A stretch of DNA of 64,000 bases, taken from the NCBI GenBank assembly GCA_965213625.1, contig CBDBZU010000004.1, positions 2,048,001-2,112,000 of the forward strand. The letters are read 5' to 3'. A model generated the notes under the pieces. The model was not told where the DNA came from, searched no databases, and saw only the letters and a program-made list of their open reading frames with translations. Of this stretch, positions 60,329-64,000 are shown piece after piece (position 1 is the stretch's first letter; each line of letters starts with the position of its first letter). Origin of the DNA: a bacterium (GTDB lineage Bacteria; UBA8248). The translations under genes and the position numbers were made by a program.

Positions 60329-60901
60329 GTGGGCAACGTCTATCTCGCGCTGATTCACTACCCGGTGCTGAACCGCCAGGGCGACGTGGTGACTTCTTCC
60401 GTCACGGGCCTCGATTTGCACGATCTCGCCCGCGTGGGCCGCACCTATGGCGTCACGGGCGTATTTGTGGTACATCCTTCTGCTCCGCAGCGGGCGTTCG
60501 TCGAGCGGGTGATAGGGCATTTCACGGAAGGCCCGGGACGGGCACTGCACCCGCAAAGGGGGGAGACGCTCGAGTTTTTGGAGGTTCTGCCGTCTCTGGA
60601 GGTGCTTATTGAGGAGGTGGAACGCACCGAATCGAAAAAGCCGCGCCTCATTGCCACGACGGCCAGGCGAATGCCTGGCGCCGTGGGGTATGAAGCGCTT
60701 AGCGGCGAGATGAAGGAGACCGACGCGCCGCACGTCATGTTGTTCGGCACGAGCTGGGGCCTTGCGGATGCGGTTTTGGAGATGGCGGATGCGGTTTTGC
60801 TTCCTGTGGAGGCGCAAGCCGATACGGGATTCAACCATCTCTCGGTTCGCGGCGCGGCGGCGATTGTGGTAGATCGCATTTTCGGCAAAAGAGAGGTATA
60901 G
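60329..60901 (+). CDS. SPOUT-class RNA methyltransferase (DUF2168-type, TrmD-associated)
   Basis: ALIHYPVLN, TGLDLHDLAR, FGTSWGL, FNHLSVR.AAAIVVDR. Confidence 0.85.
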   Translation: MGNVYLALIHYPVLNRQGDVVTSSVTGLDLHDLARVGRTYGVTGVFVVHPSAPQRAFVERVIGHFTEGPGRALHPQRGETLEFLEVLPSLEVLIEEVERTESKKPRLIATTARRMPGAVGYEALSGEMKETDAPHVMLFGTSWGLADAVLEMADAVLLPVEAQADTGFNHLSVRGAAAIVVDRIFGKREV

Positions 60902-60931
60902 TGCCGGTTTTTCAGGACAAGGAGCAGGCAG

Positions 60932-61279
60932 GTGAACATAATCGATAAAATTGAGCGCGAGGGCATGCGCAAGGATGTTCCCGATTTTGAGTCGGGAGAC
61001 ACGGTTCGCGTTCACGTGAAAATCGTGGAAGGCGACAAGGAACGCATCCAGGTATTCGAGGGCGTCGTCATCGGCAGGCAGGGCGGCAGTCTTCGCGAGC
61101 GGTTCCGCGTCCGCAAGCTCTCCTACGGCATCGGCGTGGAACGCATCTTCCCGGTGCATTCCCCGAGAGTCGACAAAATAGAAGTTACTCGCAAAGGCCG
61201 CGTGCGCCGCGCGAAGCTCTACTATCTGAGAGATCGCAAGGGCAAGGCCGCCCAGGTGAAAGAGCGGCGCTGGAGGTAG
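60932..61279 (+). CDS. rplS: 50S ribosomal protein L19
   Basis: [38 protein letters not shown]. Confidence 0.98.
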   Translation: MNIIDKIEREGMRKDVPDFESGDTVRVHVKIVEGDKERIQVFEGVVIGRQGGSLRERFRVRKLSYGIGVERIFPVHSPRVDKIEVTRKGRVRRAKLYYLRDRKGKAAQVKERRWR

Positions 61280-61430
61280 AGAGAAGCGGACTTTCAGTTT
61301 TCGCGCGTCTCATCGTTTTTTCTCACAGTTGATTCTTCGACACTTCCGCCCATCACAGACCGGACTGGGAGGTATCTGGCTGAAGCGAACGCTGGTTCGG
61401 CGTGATTCCTTTCTGATAGGGGGATGTGGT

Positions 61431-62300
61431 ATGGGCCGGATTCTGGCAGTTCTCTTCACGACAGTTCTTCTTTTCGGATGTGGCGGCGATGATAAGGGTT
61501 CAAGCACTCCCGCCACGATGCCGGAAAGCGGCGCCACAGAGGGTGTCGTACTGAACGAGAGTGCAGCGCTCTCCATCAGCAACAGTTACCTTCGCATTCA
61601 AGCCGCTCCGGGACTGTCCGTGGAGTCTACTCTAGAAACGGACTGTGAGGGGCCAACCTGCACGCTAACTGAATTGAGAACGGGTATCAGTGAATCCGTA
61701 TCCTTGCAGGATATCCAGAATACCGATACGTCCGACATAGAAGATTTAAGACAGGCGGCGCAGTTCATCCTGACGAGGAAAGGCGTCCCCGTCTATGGCG
61801 GTTCAGTCAGCTTCGCATTGGGGGAGGGTAGCACCGTCAGCGCCACGGCATATGGCGGCTGGATGGTCCACAATTTTTTCCTCGCGGCCTGGGGAACTTA
61901 TTCCGATCCGGACATCCCCTCGGCCGATGTCGGCACGGGGCTTTCCATCGGCAACGCCACCGGAACGCATCCCGACGTGGACGCCACCTACAACGGCGTC
62001 ATGCTCGGCGTGGTCACGGGAGGAGCCGATCTGGGCGACAACGTTGAGGGAGATGCAACGCTTGAGTTCAGTATGGCGAATCCCGGAGGCGCTCAGATGG
62101 ATGTTTCCTTCACCAACATCACGAACAAGGAAACGAGTCGTACGCTTTCCGACATCACATGGAACCCCATTCAGGTTGAGACAGACGGGACTTTCGATAC
62201 GGGCGGCATCCACGGCATCTTCTATGGGCCGGCTCACGAGGAGGTGGGCGGGACATTCAATATGGACGATGTCGCCGGCGCTTTCGGGGCAGCTAAGTAA
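61431..62300 (+). CDS. Lipoprotein with C-terminal TbpB-like beta-barrel
   Basis: Lipobox LLFGC; C-terminus ATYNG...GIFYGPAHEEVGGTF...GAFGAAK. Confidence 0.72.
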   Translation: MGRILAVLFTTVLLFGCGGDDKGSSTPATMPESGATEGVVLNESAALSISNSYLRIQAAPGLSVESTLETDCEGPTCTLTELRTGISESVSLQDIQNTDTSDIEDLRQAAQFILTRKGVPVYGGSVSFALGEGSTVSATAYGGWMVHNFFLAAWGTYSDPDIPSADVGTGLSIGNATGTHPDVDATYNGVMLGVVTGGADLGDNVEGDATLEFSMANPGGAQMDVSFTNITNKETSRTLSDITWNPIQVETDGTFDTGGIHGIFYGPAHEEVGGTFNMDDVAGAFGAAK

Positions 62301-62316
62301 GTCGTTCATCAGATAT

Positions 62317-62350
62317 AAAAGTCCCGGGACTTTTGTCCCGGGACTTTTTT
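62317..62350. terminator. Bidirectional intrinsic terminator
   Basis: AAAAGTCCCGGGAC-TTTT-GTCCCGGGACTTTTTT between convergent genes. Confidence 0.75.
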
Positions 62351-62365
62351 CTTTGTTCTCTCCAT

Positions 62366-63355
62366 TCAACCTTCGATGAAATTCTGCACCTCGTTGTACA
62401 GAGCCTCGCGGCACCATTCGTACTGGGCGAAGTGCGTGGCGTCCCCCAGCGTGACGGAACGCTTCCCGCGGCTGTTCACGAGCGCGCGGTAGACGGCGGC
62501 GAAGACGGGGTCGGTCGAACTCCTGTCGTGGTCTCCCCGGATGGTCAGGACCGGACAGGTGATTCTGCTCGCGTCATAGAGCGGCTTGTTGCGCGCGCGG
62601 TCGTAGCTGTCCGCCATCGCGCCATTGGGCACGCGGACGGCGGGCGTTTTTCGCTTCGCCCCCTCGGGGTCGAATTTCTGCTGCTCGCTCCAGAAGCGCT
62701 TGATTGCTGTCTCTGTCCGCCACTTCGCGTGCTGCCCCTTGGGAATGCTCCCGTCCCAGCGCTCGCGCTGGTAGGCTTCCGTGACCCAGCGCCACGCCCC
62801 CTTCCGGGGGTCCCAGCGCCCGGGGCGCGCGGGGTCTTCCCAGAGCGCCGCCGCTTGGGGGTTGTCGTATGCGTAAAAGGGCGCATAGAGAGCGAGACGG
62901 CGAATGCGCGCCTGCTTTCCGGCGGTGAAGGCGGCCGTGGTCGTCGTGCCCCACGACCAGCCGAGGAGGTTCAGCTTGTTTATGGCGTTTTGCTCGCAGA
63001 TGAAGCGCACGGCGGCGTCGATGTCGCGCACCGCGGTGATTCCCCGCACGGCCGGGGGCTGACCGGCGGGGCTTTTCAGCATCTCCGGAGGCCGCGTGGA
63101 GGGCCCGTAGCCCCGGATGCAGAGCGCGTAGACGTGAAAGCCGCGGGCGGCGGCGAAGTCCATCCACGAGTAGCCGGGCAGGGGGAGGTCGAAGGCGACG
63201 GGCGAGGGCGTGCTCTGACCGTGGACCATGAGCATGGTATTGGCCGCTTCCGACTTCTTCATTCCGCGCGGTTTTTTCTCTCTCAGGTGCAGCTTGATGC
63301 CTTCGTCGTGCGAGTCGATGAGGTGGTCTTTTCTAAACAGTTTCGGTTTGGCCAA
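62366..63355 (-). CDS. Alpha/beta fold hydrolase
   Basis: MVHG, IRGYGPS, nucleophile elbow GWSWG, IRGDHD, ATHFA. Confidence 0.88.
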   Translation of the reverse strand: MAKPKLFRKDHLIDSHDEGIKLHLREKKPRGMKKSEAANTMLMVHGQSTPSPVAFDLPLPGYSWMDFAAARGFHVYALCIRGYGPSTRPPEMLKSPAGQPPAVRGITAVRDIDAAVRFICEQNAINKLNLLGWSWGTTTTAAFTAGKQARIRRLALYAPFYAYDNPQAAALWEDPARPGRWDPRKGAWRWVTEAYQRERWDGSIPKGQHAKWRTETAIKRFWSEQQKFDPEGAKRKTPAVRVPNGAMADSYDRARNKPLYDASRITCPVLTIRGDHDRSSTDPVFAAVYRALVNSRGKRSVTLGDATHFAQYEWCREALYNEVQNFIEG

Positions 63356-63508
63356 CGTATCTTCTCCAGTCGGTATTATCTTCAGCTCAAGGGATACTCC
63401 ATCTTCTCAGATTTTCAGGCCGTCCCCAAGCCTGTCAGGGGAGCGACGCCTTGAGGAAGCCCCGAATCATCGATATATTGCGGATACCCACCGCCTGAAT
63501 GGTTTTTT

Positions 63509-64000
63509 ATGTATTCCATCGAACGAGAACTCGCCCGAGAAGGCGCCTCGCCCGTCGCAGGCGTGGACGAGGCCGGGCGCGGCCCCCTGGCGGGTCCGGT
63601 GGTGGCCGCCGCCGTTGTGCTGGACCCCGATATTCCGATCACTGGCCTCGACGACAGCAAGAAACTCTCCCAGAGGCAGCGAGAAGCGCTGTTGCCCGAG
63701 ATTCTGGCGAAAGCGCGCGCCGTCGCTCTGGCGGCGGCGGGCCCGCGGGAGATCGAGCGAATCAACATCTTACAAGCCTCCCTTCGCGCCATGGCGACCG
63801 CCGTGGAGGGGCTTGGAATCACGCCTGAGCACGTACTCGTCGACGGAAACAGGAGAATTCCCACTCTGGTTCCGCAGACTCCCCTGGTGAAGGGAGATTC
63901 GCGGTGCGCCTGCATCGCCGCGGCGAGCGTGGTCGCCAAGGTATACCGGGACCGGGTAATGGCCCGGATGGACGGGCGTTTTCCGGGCTATGGCTTTGGC
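63509..64000 (+). CDS. rnhB: Ribonuclease HII (partial, runs off right edge)
   Basis: Manual translation: AGVDEAGRGPLAGPVVAAAV, DDSKKLS, INILQAS, LVDGN, KGD...IAAASVVAKV.RD. Confidence 0.96.
   Translation, partial: MYSIERELAREGASPVAGVDEAGRGPLAGPVVAAAVVLDPDIPITGLDDSKKLSQRQREALLPEILAKARAVALAAAGPREIERINILQASLRAMATAVEGLGITPEHVLVDGNRRIPTLVPQTPLVKGDSRCACIAAASVVAKVYRDRVMARMDGRFPGYGFG

Overview
GC-rich bacterial chromosome segment that is mostly a housekeeping backbone: recD2, mazG, mutL, guaB-guaA, dnaE-lipB-exbBD, rplM-rpsI, argC-argJ, rpsB-tsf-pyrH-frr-uppS-cdsA-dxr-pgpA-cinA-thpR-recA, def-fmt-rsmB-PASTA-rpe and ffh-rpsP-rimM-trmD-rplS-rnhB. Accessory elements are scattered through it. (1) Two large minus-strand autotransporter-like surface proteins. 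One runs off the left edge and is absent from the ORF track; it carries cadherin-like and Calx-beta repeats plus a complete animal-type SRCR domain. The other carries seven fibronectin type III domains. This repertoire suggests a marine invertebrate (e.g. sponge) symbiont, which is an inference. (2) An integrase-less, AT-rich islet bounded by a duplicated guaA 3' end (936 bp apart), followed by an AT-rich polysaccharide-lyase-like lipoprotein gene. (3) A ~325-nt, extensively base-paired candidate non-coding RNA between recA and def that I cannot assign to any known family; this is my top candidate for something undescribed. (4) A nested cluster of MITE/REP-like palindromes between rpe and ffh. 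(5) Two probable toxin-antitoxin pairs, a secreted SNase-fold protein lacking the catalytic residues, an LsrF homologue with a ~37-aa insertion, and a frameshifted rsmB. I found no rRNA, tRNA, CRISPR array, integrase or transposase. All assignments come from reading the sequence by eye; no searches were run.
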